Below are positions 35,285 through 44,984 of a stretch of 64,000 nucleotides of DNA, in pieces. The translations under genes and the position numbers were made by a program. Every line of letters begins with the position of its first letter. The first letter of the stretch is position 1. The DNA comes from Solirubrobacterales bacterium (GTDB lineage: Bacteria; Actinomycetota; Thermoleophilia; Solirubrobacterales; 70-9), in assembly GCA_040900615.1 (NCBI GenBank), contig JBBDYP010000080.1, positions 20,090 through 84,089 on the forward strand. Direction: 5' to 3'. The notes below the pieces were generated by a model. That model was not told the origin of the DNA. It made no database searches and saw only the letters and a program-made list of their open reading frames with translations.

Positions 35285-36937
35285 TCAGGCCGGCTGGCGC
35301 GCTCGTCGCAGGCGCGGCAACCGGCGTCGGGCCCAGAAGAGGTGCGCCGGCAGCCGGGTCAGCCCGTGTCGTAGGCCGGGGTTCCCGAAGGGGTCCCGTG
35401 CCGCGACCCGGTGCCAGCGGCTGACGAGCTTGCGGCACTCCCATTCCTCGACCTCGGGCGTGCGACTGGACGACTCGAAGTGGTACAGGACCAGGTCGGG
35501 GTCGTAGACGATGCGGCGACCGCTGACGTGCAACTTGAGGCAGTAGTCGATGTCGTTGAAGTTCACCGGCAGCGCGTTCGTCAGCCCCCCGACCTCCTCG
35601 AAGATGTCGCGCCGGGTCATCAGGCAGGCGCCGGTCACGGCGAGGCAGTTCCGTGCGATCAGCACCGCGTTCATGTAGCCGTTGTAGTCGCCGGCGAACC
35701 CACGGTAGGTGTGGCCGGGCAGCCCGTCGTCGAAGCCGACGCCGACGTGCTGCAGGCGACCGTCCCCCCACAGCAGCCTGCCGCCGACGGCTCCGACCCC
35801 CTCGCGCTCGGAGTACATGACCATGCGCTCGATCCAGTTCGGAGTCGTGACCTCGATGTCGTCGTTGAGCAGCAGGAGGTGGTCGCCCTCGCTCCTGATC
35901 GCGCCGAGGTTGACCTTGGCCGAGAAGTTGAAGGGACCCTCGAAGCCGACCAGGCGGAGGCGGTCGCCGGCGATGTCGCGCAGCTCCTGGACGATCTTCG
36001 GGTCGACCGAGCTGTCGACGACGCAGACGATCTCGTAGTTCTCGTAGGTGGACCGCTCGACGATGCTGCGAACGCAGTTGACGACCAGGACGACCGGTTC
36101 GAAGCGGACCTCACGAACCTGCCCGCCGGTGGGGATGACGATGCTGACCAGCGGTTGCCGCTCGAGCTGCGGCTGCAGGTGAAGGACGCCGGGGTCCTCG
36201 GCGTCGCGTTCGACCTTGGCGGGAAGGCCGATCCGGTCGCAATGGGCCTGCACCGCACGGCAGCCCGCTTCGAAGGCCCACGGCTTCGCCGTCTCCCCGC
36301 CCCCGGCCGCCGAGGTCTCGAGCATGCGCCAGTGGTAGAGGACGCGCGGCACGTGGACGATCGCGCGGGCGCGCTCGGTCACCTTCAGCACCAGGTCCCA
36401 GTCCTGCGATCCCTCGAACTCCGCGTCGAAGCCACCCACCTCCTCGACGAGGGACCGGCGCATGACGCTGAGGTGGCAGGTGTACATCTGGGTCCGCATC
36501 CGCTCCGGTGACCAGTCCGGCTTGAAGAAGGGCCGCGAGTGCATCCCGATCAGGTCGATCTTGTCCTCGTCGGTGTAGGCGTAGTCGACTTCGGGGGTGC
36601 CGTCGATCGCCTCGGCGACGTGCGCGAGGGCGTCGGGGTGAAGCGTGTCGTCGTGATCGAGCAGGGCGATGAACTCACCGCGGGCCATCGCCAGCGCGTC
36701 GTTCGAGGCGGCGACGATCCCGCTGTTGCCCTCCCTGTGCTCGACCCGGATTCGCGCGTCCTCTCGCTGCGCCTGCTCGAGGATCTCGCGCACGTGCGCC
36801 TGCCGGGAGCCGTCGTCCACCAGGCACAGCTCCCAGTCGGCGTAGCTCTGCGAGCGGACCGAGCGCAGCATCTTCCGCAGGACGCCGGCCGGCGTCTCGT
36901 AGACCGGGGTGAGGATCGAGAAGCGCGGCGCGGCCAC
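35285..36937 (-). CDS. bifunctional glycosyltransferase with two tandem GT2 domains (candidate polymerising enzyme)
   Basis: First GT2: FSILTPVYETP ... LVDDGS ... LDHDD. Second GT2: VSIVIPTGG ... VVDSS ... LLNDDIE. Confidence 0.8.
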   Translation of the reverse strand: MAAPRFSILTPVYETPAGVLRKMLRSVRSQSYADWELCLVDDGSRQAHVREILEQAQREDARIRVEHREGNSGIVAASNDALAMARGEFIALLDHDDTLHPDALAHVAEAIDGTPEVDYAYTDEDKIDLIGMHSRPFFKPDWSPERMRTQMYTCHLSVMRRSLVEEVGGFDAEFEGSQDWDLVLKVTERARAIVHVPRVLYHWRMLETSAAGGGETAKPWAFEAGCRAVQAHCDRIGLPAKVERDAEDPGVLHLQPQLERQPLVSIVIPTGGQVREVRFEPVVLVVNCVRSIVERSTYENYEIVCVVDSSVDPKIVQELRDIAGDRLRLVGFEGPFNFSAKVNLGAIRSEGDHLLLLNDDIEVTTPNWIERMVMYSEREGVGAVGGRLLWGDGRLQHVGVGFDDGLPGHTYRGFAGDYNGYMNAVLIARNCLAVTGACLMTRRDIFEEVGGLTNALPVNFNDIDYCLKLHVSGRRIVYDPDLVLYHFESSSRTPEVEEWECRKLVSRWHRVAARDPFGNPGLRHGLTRLPAHLFWARRRLPRLRRARQPA

Positions 36938-36945
36938 GGGCAGGG

Positions 36946-37938
36946 TCAGCCTCGGCCGCGGAGCAGCCTCAGGACCGGGCCCACAAGCCGGCGGAAGAAC
37001 GGGATCCGGGATTCGATCCGGCTTTTCGCGCTGGTGAGCCGTCGCGAACGTTCCTCCAGCTCGGTGACCCGGCCCCTCGCGGAGCCCAGTTCAGCTTCCA
37101 TCCCGATCAGCAGGTCGCGCAGCCTGAGGATCTCCTCGTTGCGGCGGTCGAGCTCGGCCATCAGCTCGGGCCGGCTGCCGCCGGGTTGATCCTCGAGTTC
37201 GGCGAAACGCTTCTGAGCGGCGAGCAGGGAGTCGCGCAGCTGATCGGCCTCGCGGCGCTGCCGCACCCAGGAGCGGTCATACCGGCGCACGGTCTCCGAC
37301 ACCGGCTCGTCCTGGCGGACGTACAGGGCGGCCCATGGCGTGACGAAGGTGAAGTCGCGCTCGACGTCCCTCATGAACCCCTCGGCGGCGAGCATCGCCG
37401 ACCACGCCTCGGGCGGCTGGACGTTGTGGTGCGTCGCCTCGGTGTAATCGTCCGGCGTGGTCGAGAGCAGGAGCCGGTCGGTGGCGGCGCAGAGATTGGC
37501 GATGACGGTGTTCGCCTCGGTCGGGGGGATGTGCTCGAGTACCTCGATGCTGACGATCAGGTCGTAGCGCCGGGGGATCGGGTCGGCGAGGGAAGCGACG
37601 CTGCAGTACTCGCGCACGGACTCGCCGACCTGGGAGATGGCGTAGTCGGAGACGTCGATCCCCCAAGCGTCGACGCCCCGCGCTCGAAGCGCATCGACCA
37701 GGAATCCCATCGCACAGCCGGCGTCGAGGACCGAGGCTGGTCGCAGATCGCGGACGATGCCATCAGCGATCTTGCCGAAGAACCCGAGCCAGTGCTCATT
37801 CCGCTCGTACGGGATGCCGCAGTCGTGGCGGTAGTAATAGCGCCCGTACTCCGCGCTCTGGTCGTTCTGCTGGCCGGGGCTCGTCGAGGTTGCCTGCTCG
37901 GACACTGCGGCGCAGTCTACCCGTGCGCCTGCCCGCAA
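36946..37938 (-). CDS. class I SAM-dependent methyltransferase with about 100-aa C-terminal coiled coil (WbdD-like chain terminator candidate)
   Basis: VLDAGCAMGFLV motif I and SIEVLEHI. The C-terminal segment READQLRDSLLAAQKRFAELEDQ...EEILRLRDLLIGMEAELGSARGRVTELEERSRRL is heptad-rich. The start is TTG at 37938 or GTG at 37905. Confidence 0.7.
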   Translation of the reverse strand: MRAGARVDCAAVSEQATSTSPGQQNDQSAEYGRYYYRHDCGIPYERNEHWLGFFGKIADGIVRDLRPASVLDAGCAMGFLVDALRARGVDAWGIDVSDYAISQVGESVREYCSVASLADPIPRRYDLIVSIEVLEHIPPTEANTVIANLCAATDRLLLSTTPDDYTEATHHNVQPPEAWSAMLAAEGFMRDVERDFTFVTPWAALYVRQDEPVSETVRRYDRSWVRQRREADQLRDSLLAAQKRFAELEDQPGGSRPELMAELDRRNEEILRLRDLLIGMEAELGSARGRVTELEERSRRLTSAKSRIESRIPFFRRLVGPVLRLLRGRG

Positions 37939-37976
37939 TTCGTGCGCCGTCTCCCCGAATACACTCCCGCACCTCG

Positions 37977-39629
37977 ATGGAGAGGCTCAACCGCAACGCG
38001 CCGGCCCTGCTCCTGGCCGCGGCGCTGGTGGCAGCGGCCGCGATGACGCTCGTCCTGTCGCGGGACATGACGTTCTTCCAGGACACGTGGTCCTACCTGA
38101 TCACCAGGCGCGAGATCACCGTCGACACGGTGCTACAACCGCACAACGAGCACATCGTCGTCATCCCGGTCCTGATCGAGCAGTTGTTCCTGCGGCTGTT
38201 CGGGATGACCTCGGCCACGCCCGAATACGTGTTGCTGACGATCCTTCTCGTCGCCACGGTATTCCTGCTCTACGTGTACGTAAGGCGCCGGGTCGGGCCC
38301 TGGCTGGCGCTGTTCGCATCGATCCTGATCCTCTGCATCGGCCCGGCCTGGGAGGTCCTTCTCTGGCCCTTCGAGATCAGCCTCGTCGGCTCCGTCTTCT
38401 TCGGGCTCGCGATGCTGCTCGCCTTCGAACGCGAAGACCGCCGGGCCGATATCGCCGCCTGCCTGTTCCTGACCCTGTCGGTGGGCTTCTCCAGCCTTGG
38501 GATCCCGTTCATCGCCGCGGCTGCGGTCGCCGTCCTGCAGGGCCCGCGGGAGGCCTGGCTACGTCGCGCGTACATATTCGCGATCCCCGCCGTGCTCTTT
38601 GCCGCCTGGTACCTGGGATGGGGCCACGAGGCCGAATCGGGGATGTCCCTGCGCAACCTGTTGGCCTCACCCCGGTTCGTGGCCGACACGATCGCGGTTG
38701 CCCTGGGCTCCCTCGTCGGCCTCGGTCCGGCCCCGGGCGGAACCTCGGGAGATCCGCTCTGGGGCCGCGCGCTCCTCGTCGCCCTGGTCGTGGTCCTGGG
38801 CTTCCGACAGCTGCGAAAGCCCGGAGTCTTCCCGGGGCTCTGGCCCGTCGCGGCTGCGGCAGCCACCAACTGGTTCCTCACCGCCTTCAACCAGATCCCC
38901 GGCCGCGACCCGACCTCGAGCCGCTACCAGTACGTCGGTGCCATCTTCATCGTGCTGATCCTGGCCAACCTCCTGAAGGGCGTCCGCCTGAGCAGGTCGG
39001 CCCTGATCGTCGCGGGAGCCGTGACGGTCCTGGCGGTGGGACCGAACCTGATCATCCTTGACGACGGGCGCGAGATCCTCGACCGCGAAGCGATCTACAC
39101 GCGCGCCGACGGGGCGGCGATCGAAATCGCCCGCGGCACCGTCGACCCGGAATTCCAGCTGAATCCGGAAGTGGCGGGCACTCCGTCCCTGATCAACATC
39201 TACGCTGGTCCCTACCTTGAAGCGGTCGACGAATACGGCTCGCCGGCCTACTCGGTGGAGGAGCTGATCTCCGCGCCGGAGGAGGGCCGCCGGCAGGCCG
39301 ACATCGTCCTCTCGCAGGCGCTGCCGCTCTCGATGGTGACCAGCCTCGCGGCCTACACCGGCAGCGGCGGCCGCGATTGCGTCGCCCTCGCCCCCGGCGA
39401 CGCCGGGGATCGCGAGGTGGAGCTCGATGCGGGTCGGACGAGGATCGAAATCGCCCCCGGGCCACATGCGGAGCTGACGCTGCGGCGGTTTGCGACCGGC
39501 GAGTATCCGGTCGTCTCCGAGGGTGCACCCGGGGATTCGGTGACTTTGCTGGAGATTCCCCGCGACGAATCCACGCAGCCCTGGTACCTGCACGTGGAAG
39601 CGAGCCAGTTGGCACGCGTCTGCCGCTGA
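37977..39629 (+). CDS. polytopic membrane protein with about 200-aa C-terminal extracytoplasmic domain, function unknown
   Basis: The ATG at 37977 lies within ORF 37890..39629. About 9-10 hydrophobic helices are followed by a soluble domain. Confidence 0.6.
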   Translation: MERLNRNAPALLLAAALVAAAAMTLVLSRDMTFFQDTWSYLITRREITVDTVLQPHNEHIVVIPVLIEQLFLRLFGMTSATPEYVLLTILLVATVFLLYVYVRRRVGPWLALFASILILCIGPAWEVLLWPFEISLVGSVFFGLAMLLAFEREDRRADIAACLFLTLSVGFSSLGIPFIAAAAVAVLQGPREAWLRRAYIFAIPAVLFAAWYLGWGHEAESGMSLRNLLASPRFVADTIAVALGSLVGLGPAPGGTSGDPLWGRALLVALVVVLGFRQLRKPGVFPGLWPVAAAAATNWFLTAFNQIPGRDPTSSRYQYVGAIFIVLILANLLKGVRLSRSALIVAGAVTVLAVGPNLIILDDGREILDREAIYTRADGAAIEIARGTVDPEFQLNPEVAGTPSLINIYAGPYLEAVDEYGSPAYSVEELISAPEEGRRQADIVLSQALPLSMVTSLAAYTGSGGRDCVALAPGDAGDREVELDAGRTRIEIAPGPHAELTLRRFATGEYPVVSEGAPGDSVTLLEIPRDESTQPWYLHVEASQLARVCR

Positions 39630-39644
39630 GGCCGGCAGGGCCTC
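39628..39644. terminator. short GC hairpin between convergent membrane-protein genes
   Basis: gaggcc-ggcag-ggcctc is read directly. It overlaps the TGA of the plus-strand gene. Confidence 0.35.
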
Positions 39645-39650
39645 GCGCGA

Positions 39651-41474
39651 CTAACGTCCCTTGCCGAGGCCGCGGCCGGTTTCGCACCATACGACCGCGA
39701 CGATGCCCACCGAGCAGGCAACGATCGTGGCCACCGCAAACGCGTCGCTGAGCGCGAACTGATCGCTGAGCAGGGCGAAATCGTGGGTGCCCAGGGTGGT
39801 GGCGACCGCGACCGCCAGCACCTCCACTCCCCGCACGGCGAGGATCGCCCGGATCGGGGTCGAGCGCAGCCAGGGGAACCCCACCGCCGCCTGCTGCAGC
39901 GCCACCACCGCCAGCAGCACCAGAGCCCACGACTGCATTCCCTCTCGCAGCATCCCGCTCAACGACGCGCCCCAGTAGATCGTGAAGCTGACAGCCGGCA
40001 CGACGACCACGGCGAACACGGGCCACGGCCAGCGCCGGCCGGCGCGCCAGACGCTGACCAGCAGCAGTGGGAAGAAGACGATCCCGAATCCGAACGGGAC
40101 CCCGGTCCAGTACTGGAAGAAGAAGTGGACGATGCCGGGGGAGATGCCGCCGATGGTGTTGATCGAGACGTCGTGGCCGTGGACGAGCGGTAGGAACAGC
40201 GGCACGAAGGTGTTGCCGAGGGAGTTGAGCCGGAAGTCGATCCAGGCCCCGAGCGGCGGCTCGGTTTCCGGATAGGCCTGGTGGACGTAGTCGAGGAACC
40301 CCTCCTGCATGAAGTGCGACCCGTTGACCAACCGCCAGCCGAGCATGCCGACCGCCACGCCGGCGACCAGCAGGACCGCCGCGCGCAGGTCGGGGCGCCA
40401 CCACCTCGCCCCCTTGAGCGGCCACAGCGACAGCAGGCCCACTCCGGAGAGGCCGAGCAGCGCGCTCGGGTGCATCAGGTAACCGAGACCGACGAGCAGG
40501 CCGCTGCGGAACGAGCGTCGCTCGACGATGCAGAGACCGGCCAGGAGCACGAACGAGGCGCCGAGCAGTTTCGGCCAGGTGAACCAGAGATCGGCCAGCA
40601 GGAAGGGAGTGCTGACGGCGAGCACCAGCGCCAGCCTCGCCGCCCTGACGCCGCCGATCCGCCTGACCAGTTCCCAGAGCGAGAGGAAGACGGTGCAGCT
40701 GAAGGTCATCATCGCCAGGCGGAAGGCCATGAATCCCTGTGCGTCGAACGGCTGCCACGGCGCCTCCGGGTAGGTGAGTTCCGGGCTGCCGCCGGTGAGG
40801 AGGACGACCGGAGTAGTGGCCATGCCCGGGAGGGGCCCACGACTGGAGAAGTTGTACGGGGCGAACAGGGCGCTCGCGGCTTCGCCGTAGGGACCGGCGC
40901 CGTTGGCGATCATCTCGGGGAGCAGAAAGGAAATGCGGCTGTCGGGGCGCCCCTCGGGCACGAGGTTGCGCGAGATCGTGCCTTCGTAGAGTTCGCCGGC
41001 CGGGCCGAGTGACCACAGCGACCGCCCGATCGCGACTCCGAGCGCCAGCGAGGTGATCAACAGCGCTCGCTGCTCCTCGCGGTCGAGCATGTCCTCCGGA
41101 CCCGCGCCTAGCAACCCGCCGAGCAGCAGGCCCAGCAGTGGCGCGAAGACGGCGAAGCAGATCAGCCGCGGGTCGACGTCGGGGGCGAGGACCCAGGCCA
41201 GGCCGGCCGTCGCGGTCAGCAGACCCAGGCCCGGCAGCGGCAGGAAGGCCAGGCCGATGTGACGTTCGCTCGTCGCCCGCCAGAGGATCCCGGGGCCGAG
41301 CAGCAGGGTGATGGTCAGAGCGGTGGTCGAGGCGACTCGGACCAGGTCGAGAGCCTCCCGTCCCAGGACGGCATGGCTTCCGTCGGCCGGCGGGTTCGCG
41401 GCCCCGAGCACGCAGGCGACGGCGGCAGCCGTCCACACGGCGAGCATCGCTGCCCTCTCGCCGCTGATCCTCAA
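39651..41474 (-). CDS. large polytopic integral membrane protein, function unknown (last gene of the wzt-wzm operon)
   Basis: 607 aa with more than 12 hydrophobic helices. Its start abuts the wzm stop. Confidence 0.6.
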   Translation of the reverse strand: MRISGERAAMLAVWTAAAVACVLGAANPPADGSHAVLGREALDLVRVASTTALTITLLLGPGILWRATSERHIGLAFLPLPGLGLLTATAGLAWVLAPDVDPRLICFAVFAPLLGLLLGGLLGAGPEDMLDREEQRALLITSLALGVAIGRSLWSLGPAGELYEGTISRNLVPEGRPDSRISFLLPEMIANGAGPYGEAASALFAPYNFSSRGPLPGMATTPVVLLTGGSPELTYPEAPWQPFDAQGFMAFRLAMMTFSCTVFLSLWELVRRIGGVRAARLALVLAVSTPFLLADLWFTWPKLLGASFVLLAGLCIVERRSFRSGLLVGLGYLMHPSALLGLSGVGLLSLWPLKGARWWRPDLRAAVLLVAGVAVGMLGWRLVNGSHFMQEGFLDYVHQAYPETEPPLGAWIDFRLNSLGNTFVPLFLPLVHGHDVSINTIGGISPGIVHFFFQYWTGVPFGFGIVFFPLLLVSVWRAGRRWPWPVFAVVVVPAVSFTIYWGASLSGMLREGMQSWALVLLAVVALQQAAVGFPWLRSTPIRAILAVRGVEVLAVAVATTLGTHDFALLSDQFALSDAFAVATIVACSVGIVAVVWCETGRGLGKGR

Positions 41475-42329
41475 TTACAGCTCCTCGGCGATCCGGGGGG
41501 CTTCGCGGTTGAAGATCCAGACTCCGAAGACGCAGACAGCGATGTAGATGACGGTCGCCGGCAGCAGGCCAAGCGCGCTGCCGGCGGCCTCGGCGGCGGT
41601 TGGCGCGCCGGGTTCGACGACCCAGACTCGCACCTGCTCGAAGATCGGCGCCAGCGGATTTACCATCAGCAGACGTTCGTAGGTTTCGTTCCCCAGGGCT
41701 TCGATCGGATAGAGGATCGGCGTTCCGTAGAACAGCACCTGGGCGATCACGGTCCAGATGATCGCGACATCGCGGAAGCGCACGTAGAGCACCGAGAGCG
41801 CCATGCTGACCGCGGCCGTGAAGGTGACCAACAGCACCAGCGCGAGCGGGAACAGTAGCCAGGTCCAGGTCGGGTCGACTCCGAAGGCGAGGAGGAAGCC
41901 GAAGACGACGATCATGTTGAGGCAGAAATTGAAGCTGCCGGTGACGACGATGGCGAGCGGGATCACCAGGCGCGGGAACTGGGTCTTGCGGACGACGCCC
42001 TCCTGGGTGACGACCGAGGTGACGGCGTTAATCGTCGATTCCTGGAAGAGCGTGAAGAGAACGATGCCGAGCAACAGCAGCACCGGGTAGTGCTCGGCTT
42101 CTTCGCTGCCGATTTTGAATACCTTGGTGAAGACGAACAGCAGCACCCCGAAAAGCATGAGTGGCCTGATCAGCGACCACAGATAGCCGAGGACGGTGCC
42201 GAAGTAGACCCGCTTGAACTCGGTGACCGACATCAGCCAGAGCAGGTCGAAGAAGCGCCGCGACCCACCACCCAGCGCGGACGGGCCGCGTACCTCGCGC
42301 AGCGGGGGCTCGGATGGCGGTGCGCTCAC
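41475..42329 (-). CDS. wzm: ABC-2 type polysaccharide export permease (Wzm/TagG-like)
   Basis: TEFKRVYFGTVLGYLWSLIRPLMLFGV is the typical N-terminal motif, with 6 TM segments. The stop of wzt overlaps the start (4 nt). Confidence 0.8.
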   Translation of the reverse strand: MSAPPSEPPLREVRGPSALGGGSRRFFDLLWLMSVTEFKRVYFGTVLGYLWSLIRPLMLFGVLLFVFTKVFKIGSEEAEHYPVLLLLGIVLFTLFQESTINAVTSVVTQEGVVRKTQFPRLVIPLAIVVTGSFNFCLNMIVVFGFLLAFGVDPTWTWLLFPLALVLLVTFTAAVSMALSVLYVRFRDVAIIWTVIAQVLFYGTPILYPIEALGNETYERLLMVNPLAPIFEQVRVWVVEPGAPTAAEAAGSALGLLPATVIYIAVCVFGVWIFNREAPRIAEEL

Positions 42330-43558
42330 CGTTCCCCCCCGCTCACGATCTCTGCCTTGATCTGATGGGGGAGGTCAACGATCCCGTGCGAACGGGGCTC
42401 CCCTCCGAAGACGATGAAATCGGCGGCGTTGTGGACGTAGAGGGCGACGCCCGCGTTCTGCACTCGGTTGACGCCGCAGTGCACGAAGTAGTGGCCCGGC
42501 ACCAGGAGGTTGTCGACGTCGGCGCTGACCCTGAATCGCTCGCCTGCGGCAAGGGCGGTCGAACCGTCCGCCTTCGCGACGCCGGTCCCGAACTGGAAGA
42601 CGCCGACGCCGTCGGCGTTGGCGATGATGAACCCGACTCCCACTCCGGGAAGATCCCGCCAGGCCTCCAGCTCGACCCGCAGCCGGATCTGCTGCCCGTG
42701 CTCCACGTTGGCCAGCCGGTCGCCGCCGTCGTCCTCGATCCAGGCATCGAGCAGCCGCACCTCCTCGCTCTCCGCGGGCGCGGCCTCCCGGCCGGCCTCT
42801 GCGCCCCGCTCGAAATTGAGGCGCAGGTAGCGGCGACCCACCTCGCCGGGGTCGCCGATGTGCTGGATCCGCCCGCTGTCGATCAGCATCGCGCGATGGC
42901 AATACGCTTCCACGGTCCCCATGTCGTGCGTCACCAGCACGATCGTCTTGCCCATCGCTTTCATCTCGCGAAAGGCGTCGGCGCACTTCTGCTGGAAGGC
43001 GGCATCCCCGACCGCGAGCACCTCGTCGATCAGGAGGATGTCGGCGTCCGCCTCCATCATCACCGAGAACGCCAGGCGGACGAGCATCCCCGAGGAGTAG
43101 TTCTTCAGCTTCAGATCGATGAACTCGGAGAGTTCGGCGAACTCCACCACGGCGTCAAGGCGGCTCCGGGTCTCGTGGGGGGTGAGGCCCATCATCACGC
43201 CGTTCAGGACCACGTTCTCGCGGGCCGTCAGCTCCTCGTTGAAGCCGACGCCGAGCTCGATGAACGGCGCCAGGCGGCCGGCCATCCGAATCGTCCCCGC
43301 GTCGGCCCGGTAGATGCTCGCGAGCAGCTTCAGCAGCGTGCTCTTCCCCGAGCCGTTGCGGCCGACGATCCCGAAGAACTCCCCCTGGCGGATGTCGAAG
43401 GAGATCCCGTCGAGCGCGCGCAGGTCGCGGTAGTCGCGGGCGGCGAACGGCCTGACGAGGCGCTCTTTGAGCGAGTCGACTCGGTGGGTGGGGATGCGGA
43501 AGGTCTTGTAGAGATCCTCGACCCGGATCGCGGGCGGGGCGTCGGCGCCGAGTGTCAC
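42326..43558 (-). CDS. wzt: polysaccharide ABC exporter ATP-binding protein with C-terminal beta-rich extension (Wzt-like, putative glycan-terminus-binding module)
   Basis: Walker A GRNGSGKST, signature YSSGM and Walker B ILLIDEVLAVGD, plus a further domain of about 160 aa. The GTG at 43558 lies 12 nt after the upstream stop. Confidence 0.85.
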   Translation of the reverse strand: MTLGADAPPAIRVEDLYKTFRIPTHRVDSLKERLVRPFAARDYRDLRALDGISFDIRQGEFFGIVGRNGSGKSTLLKLLASIYRADAGTIRMAGRLAPFIELGVGFNEELTARENVVLNGVMMGLTPHETRSRLDAVVEFAELSEFIDLKLKNYSSGMLVRLAFSVMMEADADILLIDEVLAVGDAAFQQKCADAFREMKAMGKTIVLVTHDMGTVEAYCHRAMLIDSGRIQHIGDPGEVGRRYLRLNFERGAEAGREAAPAESEEVRLLDAWIEDDGGDRLANVEHGQQIRLRVELEAWRDLPGVGVGFIIANADGVGVFQFGTGVAKADGSTALAAGERFRVSADVDNLLVPGHYFVHCGVNRVQNAGVALYVHNAADFIVFGGEPRSHGIVDLPHQIKAEIVSGGER

Positions 43559-43569
43559 GAGGCGGAACG

Positions 43570-44961
43570 CTACCGTGCCGAGGGGGCGTGTCCGTCGATC
43601 AGGCGATCGCAGGGGACGATCACGGTCCAGCCGGGCGGAGAGGTCGCAACCTTGACTTCGGGGAGACGCTTGGCTTCGCAGGCCAGGGTGGCGTCGTTGA
43701 GCGCGTCGCCCCAGGACGGCGTCCCGCGAGCCGTGCCTTCGCTGAGGTCGAGCGAGGTGGCGATGGTCACCAGCACCACGCACGCAGCCGCCATGCTCGG
43801 CCACGGCAGCGCCTTCGGCCCCGATCTCGGTCGCTTCGATTGGCTCACCAGCACCAATGCGACGCTTACCAGGAGCAGGGCGGGCACGATCGCGTAACGC
43901 CCGCCGAAACCGGAGTACGCATCGGGCAGCCACTTCAAGGCGGTCCCGGCGGCGCGCTGGTAGGCCGAGCCCAAGAACATCAGCACCGAGGTCGGAAGGG
44001 CGATCGCGGCGAACCAGCGGGCGGGCGTGGTCGCGCGCATGAAGCCGAACGCGAAGCCGGCGCTCATGCAAACGAGCAGGAGGATCAGGAACGGCCAGCC
44101 CCACGTGGCCCAGGCCTCTCCACCCAGATGCTCGCCCAGCGCGGCGCCGTCGACGACGCGCTGGACGTAGCTCACCCAGATGTCGTTGGACCACGTCGGC
44201 TCGACGATGGTTTCGTTGCCGAGGGCGACCACCGGCACCTGGATCGCCGCCCCGAGCGCAAATGAGCCGACGATCAGGACGTCGCGCCGGTCGCGTGCGG
44301 CAAGTGCCCGCAGGGCGGCGAGCGGAGCGAAGTACCAGACCCCCGGGGTGCTTAGCGCGGTGGCGAGGACGAACAGCGCCGCGAGGCCGGCCACCCAGGT
44401 CTTGCTTGGACGCCAGAGCAGTATCCAGAAGGTCGCGAACAGCATGTACCAGGCGACGTAGGTACCGGAGGTCACCGCCTCGAGGCTGGCCACCGGAGCC
44501 AGGATCGTCGCCGCGACGAGAGTCCCCCGCAGGATCGGGTTCGGCAGGTGCGCGGCGCTCGCGTACCAGACCACCAGTCCGCTGATCGCCACGACGGAGG
44601 CGGAGACGAGCGCGAGCGCCGCGGCGGCGTCGCGCAGCGGGACCAGGGCTCCCACCTCCCCGATCAGACGCGGCATCAGCACGAGGTAGCCGGCATACGG
44701 CGAGAAGACCGTCGACGTGAAGCCTTCCGAGATGGCTCGCTGCAGGAAGATGGGTCCGTCCTCGGCCCAGACCGTGCCGAGGGCGAACGAGGGTCCCGCG
44801 CGGAAGAGCTGCAGGACTATCGCCAGCGCCAGCACGGCGAGCAGGACGACGACGCGTTCGATCGGGCCGAGCGTCGAGCCGTCGGCGCCCGCGGCCGGGA
44901 ACAGCGACGTGTTGAGGCGCCGACGCAGCTCCCGGATCGCGTTCCCCGCCTGCGCTTGCAT
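43570..44961 (-). CDS. polytopic integral membrane protein, function unknown (first gene of the wzt-wzm operon)
   Basis: The ATG at 44961 is preferred over 45003 to avoid a divergent overlap. There are about 10 hydrophobic helices and a Cys-containing C-terminal tail. Confidence 0.6.
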   Translation of the reverse strand: MQAQAGNAIRELRRRLNTSLFPAAGADGSTLGPIERVVVLLAVLALAIVLQLFRAGPSFALGTVWAEDGPIFLQRAISEGFTSTVFSPYAGYLVLMPRLIGEVGALVPLRDAAAALALVSASVVAISGLVVWYASAAHLPNPILRGTLVAATILAPVASLEAVTSGTYVAWYMLFATFWILLWRPSKTWVAGLAALFVLATALSTPGVWYFAPLAALRALAARDRRDVLIVGSFALGAAIQVPVVALGNETIVEPTWSNDIWVSYVQRVVDGAALGEHLGGEAWATWGWPFLILLLVCMSAGFAFGFMRATTPARWFAAIALPTSVLMFLGSAYQRAAGTALKWLPDAYSGFGGRYAIVPALLLVSVALVLVSQSKRPRSGPKALPWPSMAAACVVLVTIATSLDLSEGTARGTPSWGDALNDATLACEAKRLPEVKVATSPPGWTVIVPCDRLIDGHAPSAR

Positions 44962-44984
44962 CGCGGGCACGATACTTCCACCGC

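Noticed and set aside
39193-41436. 747-aa minus-strand ORF
   Set aside because: It is an out-of-frame shadow of the 607-aa membrane protein (39651..41474). The translation is Arg/Pro-rich and lacks the hydrophobic helices seen in the correct frame.
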